The notes: generated by a model not told the origin, from the letters alone. A stretch of 63,875 bases of DNA, filler included, from Octopus bimaculoides (GCF_001194135.2; 7 parts of 6 records of this genome joined end to end with filler, not necessarily neighbours in it), one strand, 5' to 3'; counted from the whole stretch's first letter, positions 35,056 through 48,524 are shown. Numbers and translations: made by a program.

Positions 35056-36454
35056 TTGGATTGGTGATAATTTGTGTTTACTAACAAAAAAAATTACTCA
35101 ATACTTCAAGTACAGTTTATAGATTTTATTAGAAGCTGGAACTTTTAAATCGTTACATTAATTACATGTTACCGATTATTCAACCGACTGACTGAGGGAA
35201 ACAGCATGACGATATACAAGAAAAATATTTGTAAGTACATCAAAATAGGATTCATAATGGAGATCTGATTGTATAAATATACGTTATAGCATTCAAAAAG
35301 ACGTCACAATACTTCACTTTCCAAATCTCTCTGGGATTTAAGGGCGGGCCATATTAACAATTATAAAATCGATTGGTCTTTTTATAGGAAGCACATCTTT
35401 CAACATTAAAGGTTCCCGAGGATTTAAGCTTGTTTGCAATTTGGCTTTTACAGTCTTTTCTTTCTTTTTAATGAATTCTTACAGATATTTTTGATAAATT
35501 CTTCCAGATATTTACATTGATTTTTATTAAGAACTATCCACCGACTGACTACTTAAAATATTTTTATTTCTTACATAAGGAATTTACCATTTTTTGAAAG
35601 TTAATCTTATTTTAAGAAATATTATTATCCAATGTTAAAACTACATAAAGCTTCCCTACTTTCGTATTTCTTACAAGCTGATAACATGAAAATATATATT
35701 AATTCTTGTAAGTAAAGGAATTTATCACATATCTTGCGCATAAAAATTGAATGAATGAACAAATGAATGAATACATGTTTACCGGGTTCAATTTTTCTTA
35801 GAATCACACTTCGATGATTATGAATCACACTTCAGGTTATTAATCACACTTCGATGATTAATCATATTTCGACGCTTTTACAAATATTTGTCCTTATATT
35901 TTGTCATGCTGCTTCCATTTTACATATGCATGCATAATCGGCAGCGTGAAACTCAAAATGAAGATTCAAGAAGCTTAAATTTCTGTGTATGAGAGAGAGA
36001 GAGAAGGAAAGAGAGGGAGAGAGAGAGAGAGAAAGAGAGAGAGCGTGTGTGTGTGTGTGTTTGTGTAGGGGGTTGAAATGCTTGCGTGCGTTTGCATGTA
36101 TATGTATTTGGGTTTGGTTTGATTTACTATTCTGTTATATTTTTTACTCTGATTAGGCAATTGCAGAACTGCAATATTTTAAAAGACATAAATATTGATT
36201 TCGATCTTTGATTAGTTTTTGGGGAAACGGTTTACCCAATTAATCCCAAACGTATTGTCAGTGGTTATATAATTAAGTTTGGCTCCTATGAATTATTTAT
36301 CTAAGATTGCATATTTCTCCTCCTTTTCTCAAAGCCCTTACAAGAAAACAAAAACACAATAAACAAAACAAAACGTAACAAAATATAATGACAAAATAAA
36401 CAAATAAAGCCCAAACAAAAACATCTTGAAAAGTATCTCAGCCTTACGAAACAA

Positions 36455-36501
36455 TATATATATATATGTATGTATATGTATATACATACATACATACATA
36501 C

Positions 36502-36546
<45 letters not shown>

Positions 36547-36590
36547 TAAACACACACACAGACACACACACACACACTCACACGCGCGTA

Positions 36591-36641
<51 letters not shown>
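36455..36641. repeat. TA/CA/TACA microsatellite mosaic
   Basis: Direct reading. Confidence 0.95.
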
Positions 36642-36644
<3 letters not shown>

Positions 36645-37388
36645 CACCTTGAACATTGCTTTGAGAGAATATCTGGGCATATCTCTCCACCCTGGATGTT
36701 TTTCCAAACAAAGCTACTATGAACAAAGTGAACTCTTCTGCTGTTTTCCCTCCAACTAATCTTCGCTACAACCATCACCATTACCACATCCACCAACACC
36801 GCATACACTCGACATACGCGTACGCACAAACACACATAAATACATACATACACACACACACACACACAGAAGGGTCGAGAATAAGAAAAAATATATAAGA
36901 AAACATTCATGTGTCAAAGAAAACGACATTCTTGCATTGAAGCGATGAAGGGAAATCTGTTTTTGCCGCGTGTTAACATTTCAAGAGCACAATTCGCAAA
37001 TCCAATCAAAGACAGGAACAGAGAGAAGAAAGCAGAAAGAGATTTGATTTTGGTATAATTGGATCTTGGACAGCTTGTCAACAAGATTTGAAGAATTTGC
37101 TAGCCAATATATATATGGCATTGATCAAGAAACGAGCGAAGCAGATTGATGTCAGTGACACATCGAATTTCCACAGCAGTTGCCACAACATCAAGAAGAA
37201 TTAAAAACGGCTGGACACCTCACACCGACAATAGCAGTTATCGTTCTTGGTGGTACATTTTTCAATTGTTCTCTCCACCCCTTTCTATTTCCTCTTTTTC
37301 TCTCCATCTTTTTCCTATCTCATTTTTTCTTTCCAAGAAAACTGTGGTTTTTCACACGAATGAATTATCTCTTCAAGTAGAGGGAAAA

Positions 37389-37416
37389 AGAGAGTAAGTG
37401 AGAGAGAAAGAGAGTA

Positions 37417-37481
<65 letters not shown>
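37389..37481. repeat. (GA)n microsatellite
   Basis: Direct reading. Confidence 0.97.
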
Positions 37482-37483
<2 letters not shown>

Positions 37484-37828
37484 AAGAGACAATTACGGTG
37501 AGATGGAGAGAGTAGAAAAGAGTGAGGGCGAGGAATAGTAAGGGAGAGAAAGTGTAAGCATCTTTCCTTGTATATTGTTTTTCTGCCTTACTATGGAATT
37601 TACGTTTCTCCAATTCAGCTCCGCATAATTTGCTGTCAGTACTTTTTGCTTACATTCATTCAGTGGCGAACACTACTGAACAAGAAGTAGGTTTCTGACG
37701 AGCGGATGCTGCGAGCTGGTTTCAACTTCCTGTTGATATCAATTTTGCTATTTCGTTTCTGTTACTCGCAAGAAGACGTGACACCCCATCTGTCTCAATC
37801 TCCCCTCTGTTACTAATATATGTCCTTA

Positions 37829-38035
37829 AGACAGCGAGCTGGCAGAATCATTAGCACGCCGCTTAGAGGCATTTCGTTCGTCTTTACGTTCACAGTTCGA
37901 TTTCTGCCGAGCTCACCTTTGCTTTTCATTCTTTCAGAGTCCATAAAATAAGTACCAGTTGAGCACTGGGGTTGATGTAACCGAATAACGCGCTCTCACA
38001 CAATTTCAGATTTTGTGCTTATGGTAGAAAAGATT
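37829..38035 (+). mobile_element. Family-A SINE
   Basis: gacagcgagctggcagaatcattagcacgcc ... ttgtgcttatggtagaaaag. Confidence 0.85.
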
Positions 38036-38879
38036 ACGTCTTTATTCATGTCAAATATTAAAATAAAGATACACCAGAGAGAATCAGTAACAAAGTGAGA
38101 GATTAACCATGAAATTCTTTGATACTTTAGAGCAGAGATTCTAAGGAGGCTCTATGGCGCAGCAAGAGACTGAAAGGGCTCGTGGGCGGCATATTTATTG
38201 TCGGTTCAACTACAGTTACTATCTTTTTCTTTTTTTTTTTTTTGATAAGGGTAATATTAGTGTTCGCAGTCATAAATTTTCATGTTTCAAGCGGGCGTTT
38301 GCAAAAAGATTGCGAAATACTGTATCTGAATAAAGATTATGGGTGTAAGCATAATTGTTTGGATAACAAGTTCTCTTTGCAACTACGCTGGTTCGAGTGG
38401 AATCTCACTGTGGAACACCTTAGGCAAGTGTATTTTTATCATAGCATCCAACAGGCCAAAGACTGAAATGTAGAAAGTGCATGAAAATCCGTCGGAACGA
38501 CCATTACCATTATTGGGTGGTGGGCTTAAGCTGTTGCCCAGTTTAACACCATGATCTGATATAAGGTTGGGGATCCCTTCAGTGTAGTTTCAATCTATTG
38601 CAAACATTAGGTTAAGGTCTCCGGTCTGCGGATAAATACATCACTTCATTCAATTCACGGAAGCCATGAAAATGAACATGGATGCTGATCTTTTTTTTTT
38701 TTAACTAAGCTATTAAAAAATTTTATTAAGAAAGAAATGAAACTGAATAACTGAATACAACGATATTTACATGAGTGGTTAACCTGACTCTTTCATGATG
38801 TAGCTATTTATTCAATACTCGATCTCCGATCAAGTTGTTTGCCAACTAAACAACTAAATATCTGAATTAATAATAATCC

Positions 38880-39316
38880 CAGTTCAGTTCATGAATTTCT
38901 ATGATGTTTTCATTTGTTCGGGAAGTCAACAGTCGTCCTGAACGAGGTTGGTCTCCATGCGACAATTGACCATTCCTAAAGCATAGAAACCACTCGTAAA
39001 ATTGTTTGTCTTATAGCAGCATCCTTGTAAGCTGTTTGAGGCATGACAACTGCTTCGGCCACCGCTTTCCCCGTCAGAAAACAGAATTTCTCGGAAGCTG
39101 TTCCTTTCTTTTCAGCCATCGTAAAAACCGATGAACAGGGGAGAAGCGCTGCAAAACAAAGACGCACCGCGTGGCAGTACGACGTCAGAGGATGACGCCG
39201 GTAAGTAGACTGATGCTTAAGGGTCGTATCAAGGGGCTTCTAAGAGCAGAAGCCTGAACAACAACAGGCTTGTCCTGCAGAGAACGTTTCCGGTTACTTT
39301 TGGGTACCTCCTCATA
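38880..39316 (-). mobile_element. mariner transposon 5' portion (TIR, UTR, HTH region)
   Basis: TA then TIR-like TGAGGAGGTACCCAAAAGTAACCGGAA from 39314; ATG at 39119, MAEKK..KFCFLTGKAVAEAVVMPQTAYKDAA..FYEWF..FRNG...QPRSGR..TSRTNENI with frameshifts. Confidence 0.85.
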
Positions 39317-40537
39317 TAAGGGATAGCTATATTCATCGAAATCAACCTTGGAATCTATAAATATTCGCACAAACACCTAGAACTAGTAGTGAAATCTTTC
39401 ATTATGTCTTAAAAAAAATTGAAGGAAGAGCACACTGAATATTGTAATCCAAGATGCACTGTTTCGGAAAAAAGCAAGTTTGGACATCACAATTGGATTA
39501 CCTTGGTCCATAGATTTATTCATTTAGTGCTAAACAAAAATAAAGAGCTTAAATGAGTCATACTTGTTTTATAGACCCTGGAGGGATAAAAGAGGATATT
39601 TACTCCGATTAAATTCGAACATAGAATGTGGAGAAATTTAACTACATAGTCACAGGTTATATAATTGATCAGTCCGTCGATTGTGATATGTGAGCAATTG
39701 AATATTGTTATTTCATTGTCTACTCAGACATTCAAATCTTTGCGTGGTCGCTGCACACTGCCAGATTGACTTACTAGCAAGATTAACATATGCTACGGTA
39801 CCTGCATTTTCAGATGCCCCGCCCAAATTCTTTAATACGAGCGAGCTATACTGCATTCAACATTTATGAACGACTGGGTGTTTAAAGTTGATCCAATACT
39901 TGGAATAATTCCGAGATCCACAACCCTTTAAATTAAATGCTTGCAAGCTATCAATTTCGATTCAATGATTCGGTGCATGCCTTCAACTGTTATGAACGAC
40001 TGGGTATTTAAGGTTGATCCAACACTCGGAATATTTCCAAAATCCAATACACTTTCAATTGAACAAATTACAATAATCAAGTTGAATGGTAACGGTAAAT
40101 GGTAAACGGCATTTCTTCATATTCATCGGATGTTAATTAATAGACTTGTCATTCAATTTCTCTGTTTCGAAGCTATAAACTCGTCATACCATAATTAAGT
40201 TTAATTATTATTTTCTCATAAATAAGATCAGTTGAACGAATGAGATTATTACTAATATATTATAGACGCACTAATTCTAACCAACCCCACTAATTAAAAT
40301 CAGATTTTTAAACAGGTAAGATACATTTTATCAGAGCTTCTATTATATTTGAAAAACAAATTTAAAAAAACTAACATTTTACAGGCGTGGTTGTGTGGGA
40401 AGAAGCTTGCTTCTCAACCACATGGTTCCGGCTTCAGTTTCACTGTGTGGCACATTGGGTAAGTGTCTTCTACTATAGCTTCAGGCCAACCAAAGCCTTG
40501 TAAGTGGATTTGATAGACGGAAACTGAAGCCCATCGT

Positions 40538-40631
<94 letters not shown>

Positions 40632-41620
40632 TGTAGTGAATTCGTATAATGTAAGACTTAATGATGAGGATTTTAGGTGTAATTTAAAATAGAATCTTGA
40701 AAAAAACACCCATTTCAATTTGGCACATAATTTATTGCATCTATGTTATCGTATTCCCGGATAATCTTCAGGATGTTTCAAATACTCTGCTGAGCCAATA
40801 AGTCAACCAAGAAACCTTTCTGTGATCAATTAGTCAATGAGGAAACCTTTAAATGTTCGCTGAGCCATTTTTCCCTGTTAGAAATAGCAACCAAATCTCA
40901 ACTTTACTACGTTTAAAAAAAGGGAGCGAGGACGAGTATTGGATAAAACAGATCTAAATACAAAATGGCTGATAGTCACGGAAAGAACATCTTTCATAGA
41001 AATCTGCTCTGATCAAAGTTGTAACGGGTTAAAATGATAACAAGAGCAACAGCTACAGTAAATCAACGAGGGGAGCTATAATTTAATTGATTGTTCTATT
41101 AGAAATATCAACAAAAACTTCCTCACATCACATTTTAGGGTCTTAAAAAGAACAAACAACGCAAGGACACATAGGCTGATGTTAGTCATATATATATACA
41201 TATATATATATNNNNNNNNNNNNNNNNNNNNNNNNNNNNNNNNNNNNNNNNNNNNNNNNNNNNNNNNNNNNNNNNNNNNNNNNNNNNNNNNNNNNNNNNN
41301 NNNNNNNNNNNNNNNNNNNNNNNNNNNNNNNNNNNNNNNNNNNNNNNNNNNNNNNNNNNNNNNNNNNNNNNNNNNNNNNNNNNNNNNNNNNNNNNNNNNN
41401 NNNNNNNNNNNNNNNNNNNNNNNNNNNNNNNNNNNNNNNNNNNNNNNNNNNNNTATCAATTTGTGTTGCAAGATTCCTGATGTGAAATCTTGTTTTGAAA
41501 CAGATATTGTTGTATTTCGGGACGGTCATGTTTTTTCCTTTGCCAAAGAAAGACACACACACATACTATATTTTTGTTCTTCACTCGTTTATTACTGTTC
41601 TTATTTTAACTCATATACAT

Positions 41621-41665
41621 TGTCCGGAAATCTTTCGTCACACATCTGCGACCTCCTCAGCGACA
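41621..41665 (-). ncRNA. Minimal type-I hammerhead ribozyme motif, core intact
   Basis: tgtcg CTGAGGA g gtcgca-gatg-tgtgac GAAA gatt TC cggaca: CUGANGA, 6-bp helix II, GAAA, UH, and helix I with one bulge. Confidence 0.6.
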
Positions 41666-41679
41666 CTTTCTGTTTTCAG

Positions 41680-41724
41680 TGTCGCTGAAGAGGTCACAAA
41701 TGTGTGACGAGAGATTTCCGGACA
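41680..41724 (+). ncRNA. Minimal type-I hammerhead ribozyme motif, one core change (GAAA to GAGA)
   Basis: tgtcg CTGAAGA g gtcaca-aatg-tgtgac GAGA gatt TC cggaca. Confidence 0.5.
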
Positions 41725-42539
41725 ATAGATATGAGGTGAAATAAGAACAGTAATAAACGGGTGAATAACAAATATATTGCCAGTGTGTTTATTTGACAAA
41801 AAAAAAAAAAAATTACCATCCCGAAATACATATATGTATATATATATAAAGAGTTTGAAGGGATATGATATTCTGGTGGTTACCGTATTTCCAATCAAGT
41901 CAATTTCAGATGCCAGCTAACCACAACAGTACATATGTAGTATTCGAGAGTGACAGAGTAATAGGATAGCATAGTGGGAGAAGAGGAAGTAAAAGAATAA
42001 GAGAGAGAAAAAAGAAGGAAAAAAACATCTTTTTACTCTTTCGTTTTTCTCTCTTATTTTTTTAACTCCTCTTCTCCCACTATTGTATCTTGTTAATCTG
42101 TCACTCCTCCTCCCTTGCTCAAGTGGCTCCCACGTGACCATCGGCCATCTTTCTTTCTTTTTCTCCGTTGTAGCTGGAACAAGGAAGACGTGTTCTTGTT
42201 TGTCTCCTGTCTTAGCTTGATTTACGCGTTCATCACCACAACCTCGTTTAGGCTTAGCAGCCCTTCCTGTTTGTTTTCACTGTCCTGTTTGTGTTACCAA
42301 TTTTGCTCCCCCTCTTACCGCAAAATCCTAAATGTTATTTAATTTTCTTTTCGGGAGCAACTGCTTTATCGAAAGTGTATATTGTTGTTAAATGCTCGAA
42401 ATACGAGAGTATAAAAACAGCCAACAGCTGATGAAGGGTCGTTCTTTATGTTGTTTGTTTTGTTTTCCGTTTGTTCCATGTACTTGTGCTTCGTACTTTT
42501 TTATTGTACACGTTTCATGACGCCCTGTGCCCACATATG

Positions 42540-42593
<54 letters not shown>

Positions 42594-42700
42594 CCTATAG
42601 ATGCAAGTATGTACTTATACGTATGTATATATGCATATATAAATATATATTATTTATATTATTATATCATTGAACGCCACGCATCCTCTTCCAAGTTTCA

Positions 42701-42732
<32 letters not shown>

Positions 42733-42763
42733 AGTGTGTGAGTGTGTGTGTGAGTGTGTGTGT

Positions 42764-42796
<33 letters not shown>

Positions 42797-42809
42797 TATC
42801 AGTCAAAAG

Positions 42810-43110
42810 CGCGTAGCTTTGTGGTTAGGGTATTCCACTCACGATCGTGAGTTCGATACGAAGTAGCGCCTTGTGTCCCTGAGCAAAACACTTCCATTTT
42901 ACATTGCTCCAGTCCCGGCCGCATTGCAAAGGGCCAGTCTTGTTACATTCAGCATTCTGTGTCACGCTGAATCTCCCTGAAAACTACGTTACGGATATGC
43001 GTGTCTATGGAGTATTCAGCCACTTGCACGTTAACTTCGCGAGCAGGCTGTTCTAGTTTGATCAGATCAGCTGGAGCATTCGTTGTCGTAAGCGACGGAG
43101 TGCTAGTTTA
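42810..43110 (+). mobile_element. Family-C-related SINE subfamily copy
   Basis: tRNA-like head gctttgtggttagggtattccactcacgatcgtgagttcgat; shares its 3' half with 6651-7040. Confidence 0.8.
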
Positions 43111-43437
43111 GTTTATACACCTTGAAGAAAAAAAAAGAATAATAAAAGAAAAGCAAAAAGAAGAGAGGTAGTCGTAGTTGGAACGCCTTCAATCATACAC
43201 AGGACTGCTCGATTAATGTTGACCAACGGTTAAATATCTACAACTACAACGCACAACATTAGCAAAAAGGTTCCAGCATCCGATGTCGATAAAAACTGCA
43301 AACCAGTCACATTAAAGTATAATGAGCGTTCGTTTCAATATGCAGCTACCCCTACAACTCTAAAAAAAAAAGAAATAAAACCCTATGCGGTTGACCCTTA
43401 AAGAAATCAATATTTACTTAAGAAACAAAGGAAATGC

Positions 43438-43480
<43 letters not shown>

Positions 43481-43559
43481 TAAAAAGGTGGGAACGAAGG
43501 GCGCGAAAAAACCACTTATGGCAGACAATAACTGCCCCCTTGTGTGTATAGGTCAAATT

Positions 43560-45305
43560 TTACTTCTGCCCTCTTTTTTATGTTTCTTTTCCTCTCTTTC
43601 TCTCCTTCTCGCTTCTTTTTTTTCCTTACAGACCCTTAATTTCTCTGTCCCTTTCTTGCGCTGTCTGTGGAGGTGGGAACACACGTTTTAACCTTCCCCT
43701 GTAATGATACATCCTTCCCTTTCTCCTTTTTTTACTACCAATTTTCTCCTGTCCTTAAACCCTAATTTTTTTTTATTGCGTTACTTTTATATCCCCCTCA
43801 GTCCTTACTCTCCCTTCCACTCTCCTCTCTCCTCCTTACTCTCTCTCTCCTCCTTACTCTCTCTCTCCTCCTTACTCTCTCTCCTCCTTACTCTCTCTCT
43901 CCTCCTTACTCTCTCTCTCTCCTCCTTACTCTCTCTCTCCTCCTTACTCTCTCTCTCTCTCTTTCTCTATTTCATGACTTTTTTCCATCTCTAACTACTC
44001 TCCTCATTTATTTCTTACCTCTTAATATTGTATTCTCTACCACCTTTCCCCTCTTCTATTCTTTCTTCTCCTCATTTTGACCCCTCCTTCAGTCCTACCA
44101 TTACAACTTATTCTCCCCCTTCTCCTCTCTCTCTTTACCTCATTCTACTTTCACTTACCTCTTGCTCTCACCTCTTGCTCTCACTTTTTCCACTACTTAT
44201 CACATAATACCTCCTTCCACGAACCCATTTCCATTCTCCTTCCCTCCCTCCCTCTCTCTCTCTTTCCCTTTCGCTTTCTTTCCCCCGCTTTCTGTCATTA
44301 TTGTTATCCGTCACCACCACTACCACCATAATCCGTCATCAATCTATACTTCCTCACGGTCTGTCGCCCTGCTATAAATATCAGTCAAATGTCCCTCAAA
44401 TCACATTGTATTGTCTTAAAGAAAAGCACAGTTGTACATGTGATGTTCGTTGATTCCTTCTATACAGGAAAAAAAAAAAGGACTTGGATAGCTACAGCTG
44501 AAAGGTTCGTTCAGAGCTGATCTGGGGGGTCGCACATCGAACCAGTCGAGCCTCTACGTGGTCTATCCGCCTGTTTCAAACAAGCAGCGAAATTTTCCTC
44601 AACTCGCGACTATTACCGAATTAAAATAGATGGGTTCGTCACGGCTGGGCTACAATATCATCAAACATAGGTTTGTGTACTCGATTAGGGGCTTACGTAA
44701 GTAAGGCTTAACCATAACGACAACAACAACAACACCAACAGCAATAACAACAACAGTAACCACACTTCACTCTGCTATTTTCCTTAAGTACTCTTACTTA
44801 CCGTTCTTACTCCGCTCCCTATTCTGCCTCCTCCTCTCACTATTCTGCCTCCTCCTCTTTCTCTTCGTCGTCGTCGTCATCGTTCTCCGCTGCCTTCTTT
44901 TCTTCCTTGTCACCCTTCGCCCATTCTTTTATTCTCACCCCACTTTTCTCTCTTCCTATCACTCATTATTCGCCTCTCCCGCTATCCTTTCTCATTCTAC
45001 AATTCTGTTTTCCCCTTCCTCTCTTTTAATCTTTTTCTTTTCCCGTCTTTCAAGATGTCTCTATTCTTTTTTCCTCTCCGTCTTCCGCCATTTTCATTCT
45101 TTTTCCCCATCTTTCTCATATACAACTCTCATACACACCCTTTATTAACTCTCCCCCCTCTTCCTCCTACTTTTCACTGTTTCCTCTCCACTCCTACGCT
45201 CTGCGCGTGCACACTCTATATTGCTTTCTTCTCCTACACCTTTTCCCTCTTATCTGCTACTTCATGATCTTCCATCTTTCTACTCCACAGTTTCTCCTAT
45301 CTATG

Positions 45306-45376
<71 letters not shown>

Positions 45377-45381
45377 GTCTG

Positions 45382-45421
<40 letters not shown>

Positions 45422-46150
45422 CCATTTTATTCTTTCTCCACACCCTACTGTTCCTTTTTCTTATGTCATTTCTTCGTCTCCCTGTCTTTGTCTCTGTCTG
45501 TCTGTCTGTCTGCCTGTCTGTCTCCCTCCCTCTGTCCCTAAGTCCCTTCCTATTTATGATGTGCTACTTCCCTACCTATATTCTTTCATCTGACCCCTAT
45601 TGCGGGTACTTCTAACTCTGCAAGCTTGTGACGACGGGAGGCTAGGCTGTGATAAACTAGCACTAGCGTTAGCGTTTCTATGGCAATTTTTATGAAGTGG
45701 AGGTAACCGTCACCTTGGCAACCATCCAAAGTTAGTCTTATGTGAGGAATTGAGCTCAAGAGGGCAACTATATTTTTGTATTATTGTATTTCTTGTTGCC
45801 GTGTCAGTGGCAGTGGGTCGTCGTCGTCTTCTTCTTCTTCTTCTTCTTCTTCTTCTCCTCCTCCTTCTTCATTATCCCACCCCTCCTCCTCCATCCCGTC
45901 GTCATCATCACCATCATCATCATCGTCGTCGTCGTCATCATCGTCGTCGTCGTCGCCATCATCATCATCTTCTTCTTTATCCTCCCCCTCCTGCTCCATC
46001 ATCATCATCATCATCTTCTTCTTCTTCTTCTTCTTCTTCTTCTTCTTCTTTTTCTTTTTCTTCTTCTTCGCCACTTCATTTTCTTCTCCTTCTTCTTCCC
46101 TCCCTCACCTCTTCCTACTCCTCCTCTCCTTCTGTTTGCTTTAATCTTTC
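43560..46150. repeat. Long pyrimidine-rich low-complexity domain with a ctctctcctccttact minisatellite (about 43810-43960), (CTAT)n/(CTGT)n and a trinucleotide mosaic
   Basis: Direct reading; strong strand asymmetry, interrupted by islands at about 44350-44760 and 45590-45800. Confidence 0.9.
45674..45722. promoter_or_regulatory. Clustered RFX X-box-like motifs
   Basis: GTTTCTATGGCAAT (45674-45687), GTCACCTTGGCAAC (45709-45722, fits GTNRCC-N2-RGYAAC) and an extra GGTAAC half-site, in a short non-repetitive island. Confidence 0.35.
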
Positions 46151-46470
46151 CTTTCTTTTCACCACTCCCAACCTATCACACAACCTCCTTTTATATATTC
46201 CCACCGTTAAGCACACTAATACTTTTACAGTAAATGTAGCAACCAACGCAACCAAAAGGCAACAACAAAATCAGGTTACTTTAAAAAAAAACAAAAAAAA
46301 AAACTCATTGATAAAAGACATTTCAGCCATGACCATCCTTGTTCACATAGATGTGTATCCAGGAATATATNNNNNNNNNNNNNNNNNNNNNNNNNNNNNN
46401 NNNNNNNNNNNNNNTTAATTAATTAANNNNNNNNNNNNNNNNNNNNNNNNNNNNNNNNNNNNNNNNNNNN

Positions 46471-46521
<51 letters not shown>

Positions 46522-46557
46522 ACATACACATATATATGTACATTTATCCGTCCTTGA

Positions 46558-46612
<55 letters not shown>

Positions 46613-47814
46613 ATCTATCTATCTATCTACACACGCACACACACACACTCACACACATGCACACATACATATAAGTATATATAATGTAGAAACATCGAGA
46701 AATACCAATATTACTTTTTCTTCTCATCGCGTACTTTCTAATTACTTTTTGTAATTGGTCATTTCATTAAATATGTCTACACAAAGACCATTGTCGGTGT
46801 GTACATGAGTGCATGCGTGTCAATGTGTGTTTGTATATATTTATGTATGCATGTATGTATGTATGTATGTATGTATGTTTGTATGTATATGTATGTATTT
46901 CCTTTTGAGAGCTTGCGGTGACCTCTATTGTTTCGTCGTGTCGATTGCTGGCTTGTGTCACAAGACATATCTGTTTATAAGTCCTAGATACAGTACCTAT
47001 GTTCTATTTCATAACTCACTGCAAAACTACGTTGATATAGGCATAAACGTGCATCTAGAAATAACTAGAAGTGTAGCGGTGAAAGGCAATATCAGTGGGA
47101 CGTCGGAAAAGTCATTTTGGAACATAATAGTTACTTTCCTTTACATTCTGAACACAAACCCTGCTTCTACCTTTAATGATTCTGAAGTCAAAAGATTTCA
47201 AGTAACAGGATCTACAAAATCGATCGTAGGAGATGTTTAATTGTCGTGAGGAGTTGGGTGTCTAATATTTCGGATTTTGTACTTCATCTTAGCGCGGAGA
47301 AGATAAAGGAAATGCTGTCGCTTTGGTTGCAAGCTATCAAACATTTTTGCCACTGAAGCGACATCACTTTCTTTTTCTTCTTCACGATAAAAAGATTGTC
47401 TAAAATACCTCAGGGCATTTCGAACTCACGAAACCCTCACCCCACTCTAGAAGATTCTCATAGTACAATTCCATTGTTGCTGACGTATGAACACCTCCAG
47501 AAATACCAGCAGCAGTAGCAACAGCAGCAATAAATAGCCTTTCCCTTGAATTTCGGATTGAAAATAATAGATTGTTAACCTTAGGATATAACGATCATTC
47601 TGTGTGGTTCAACAGATAAGTGTGTTATTATCACACTTTTTTCTAAGTTCAAATCCTATCTACCGCTATGTACACATCCAGGACTAAGACATATAACACT
47701 GAGCGAAATGTAGTGTAATTTTAAAGGTAACATTTTGCTGTTATCTTTCAGCACGGTGTCAATAGAACAAGCAGTTGAAATAAACGTCTTTTCACTTAAC
47801 AACTTACTCACTGA

Positions 47815-48295
47815 CCAGTCGTATAAAAGAACCATTGTAATGCATGTCTGTGAGTGTGTGTGTATGTGTGTGTGTGTGTGTGTGTGCAAGACGTTTGCTT
47901 CCCAGCGAGATGTTTCCGAGTTTAGTCCCTCTGCGTGACACCTTAGCCAAGTATCTTCCACTATATCCTCAGGCCGACCACAAAACCTTGTGAGTGGATA
48001 TGGTAGACGGAAACTGAAAGCTCTCGTATACATACATACATACATACATACATACGTACATACATACATACATACATACATACATACATAGATGTGTGTG
48101 TATGTGTGTGTGTGAATGTATCTTTGTATCGGTGTTTGTCCCCCATCATCGCTTGACAACCGGTGCTGATTTATTTACGTCCCTGTAACTTGGCGGTTCG
48201 GCAAAAAAAAAGCACTGAAGCAGATTCGTTCGACTGAGATCCTACTTGGTTGTGCCCCAGCATGGTCGTAGTCTAATGACTAAAGTAAAAGGTGA
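47815..48295 (+). mobile_element. Family-B SINE with an internal (TACA)n repeat
   Basis: Head remnants, ccactatatcctcaggccgacc...gtagacggaaactgaaag, tail ccccagcatggtcgtagtctaatgact. Confidence 0.8.
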
Positions 48296-48309
48296 AAGTT
48301 AAAGGTACA

Positions 48310-48520
48310 CAGTGGCGAAGCTCTTGCTATAAACCCACCTTTGACTTTGAGGCATTCAGGATCCACACCATGAAGGAGAGAAAAAAAAAACTCCGCATAG
48401 AGCCGAGTCCAGTCTACATCCCAAATGAAGGGGACCTTTAGTGCAACTTCTGCGACCGGATCTGCAAATCCCTGAAAGGGTTGAATTCCTACGTCAGACG
48501 ACATGGCAAAGCATCGAACT
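48310..48520 (+). mobile_element. RTE-clade LINE ORF2 C-terminal relic
   Basis: WRSSCYKPTFDFEAFRIHTMKERKK, then the C2H2-like CNFCDRICKSLKGLNSYVRRH typical of RTE C-termini. Confidence 0.75.
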
Positions 48521-48524
48521 ATGA

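Larger units (their letters stand above)
41512..41830. repeat. About 320-bp palindrome (about 155-bp arms, about 10-nt spacer), probably inverted Penelope pseudo-LTRs
   Basis: 41512-41667 is the reverse complement of 41678-41830, with scattered substitutions and indels. Confidence 0.85.

Noticed and set aside
39185-39376. 63-aa ORF with an apparent splice acceptor
   Set aside because: Mostly overlaps the mariner TIR and 5' UTR (39314 leftwards).
45750-46418. Poly-H/S/K/D/E ORFs
   Set aside because: Trinucleotide-repeat mosaic open in several frames on both strands; no splice or domain support.
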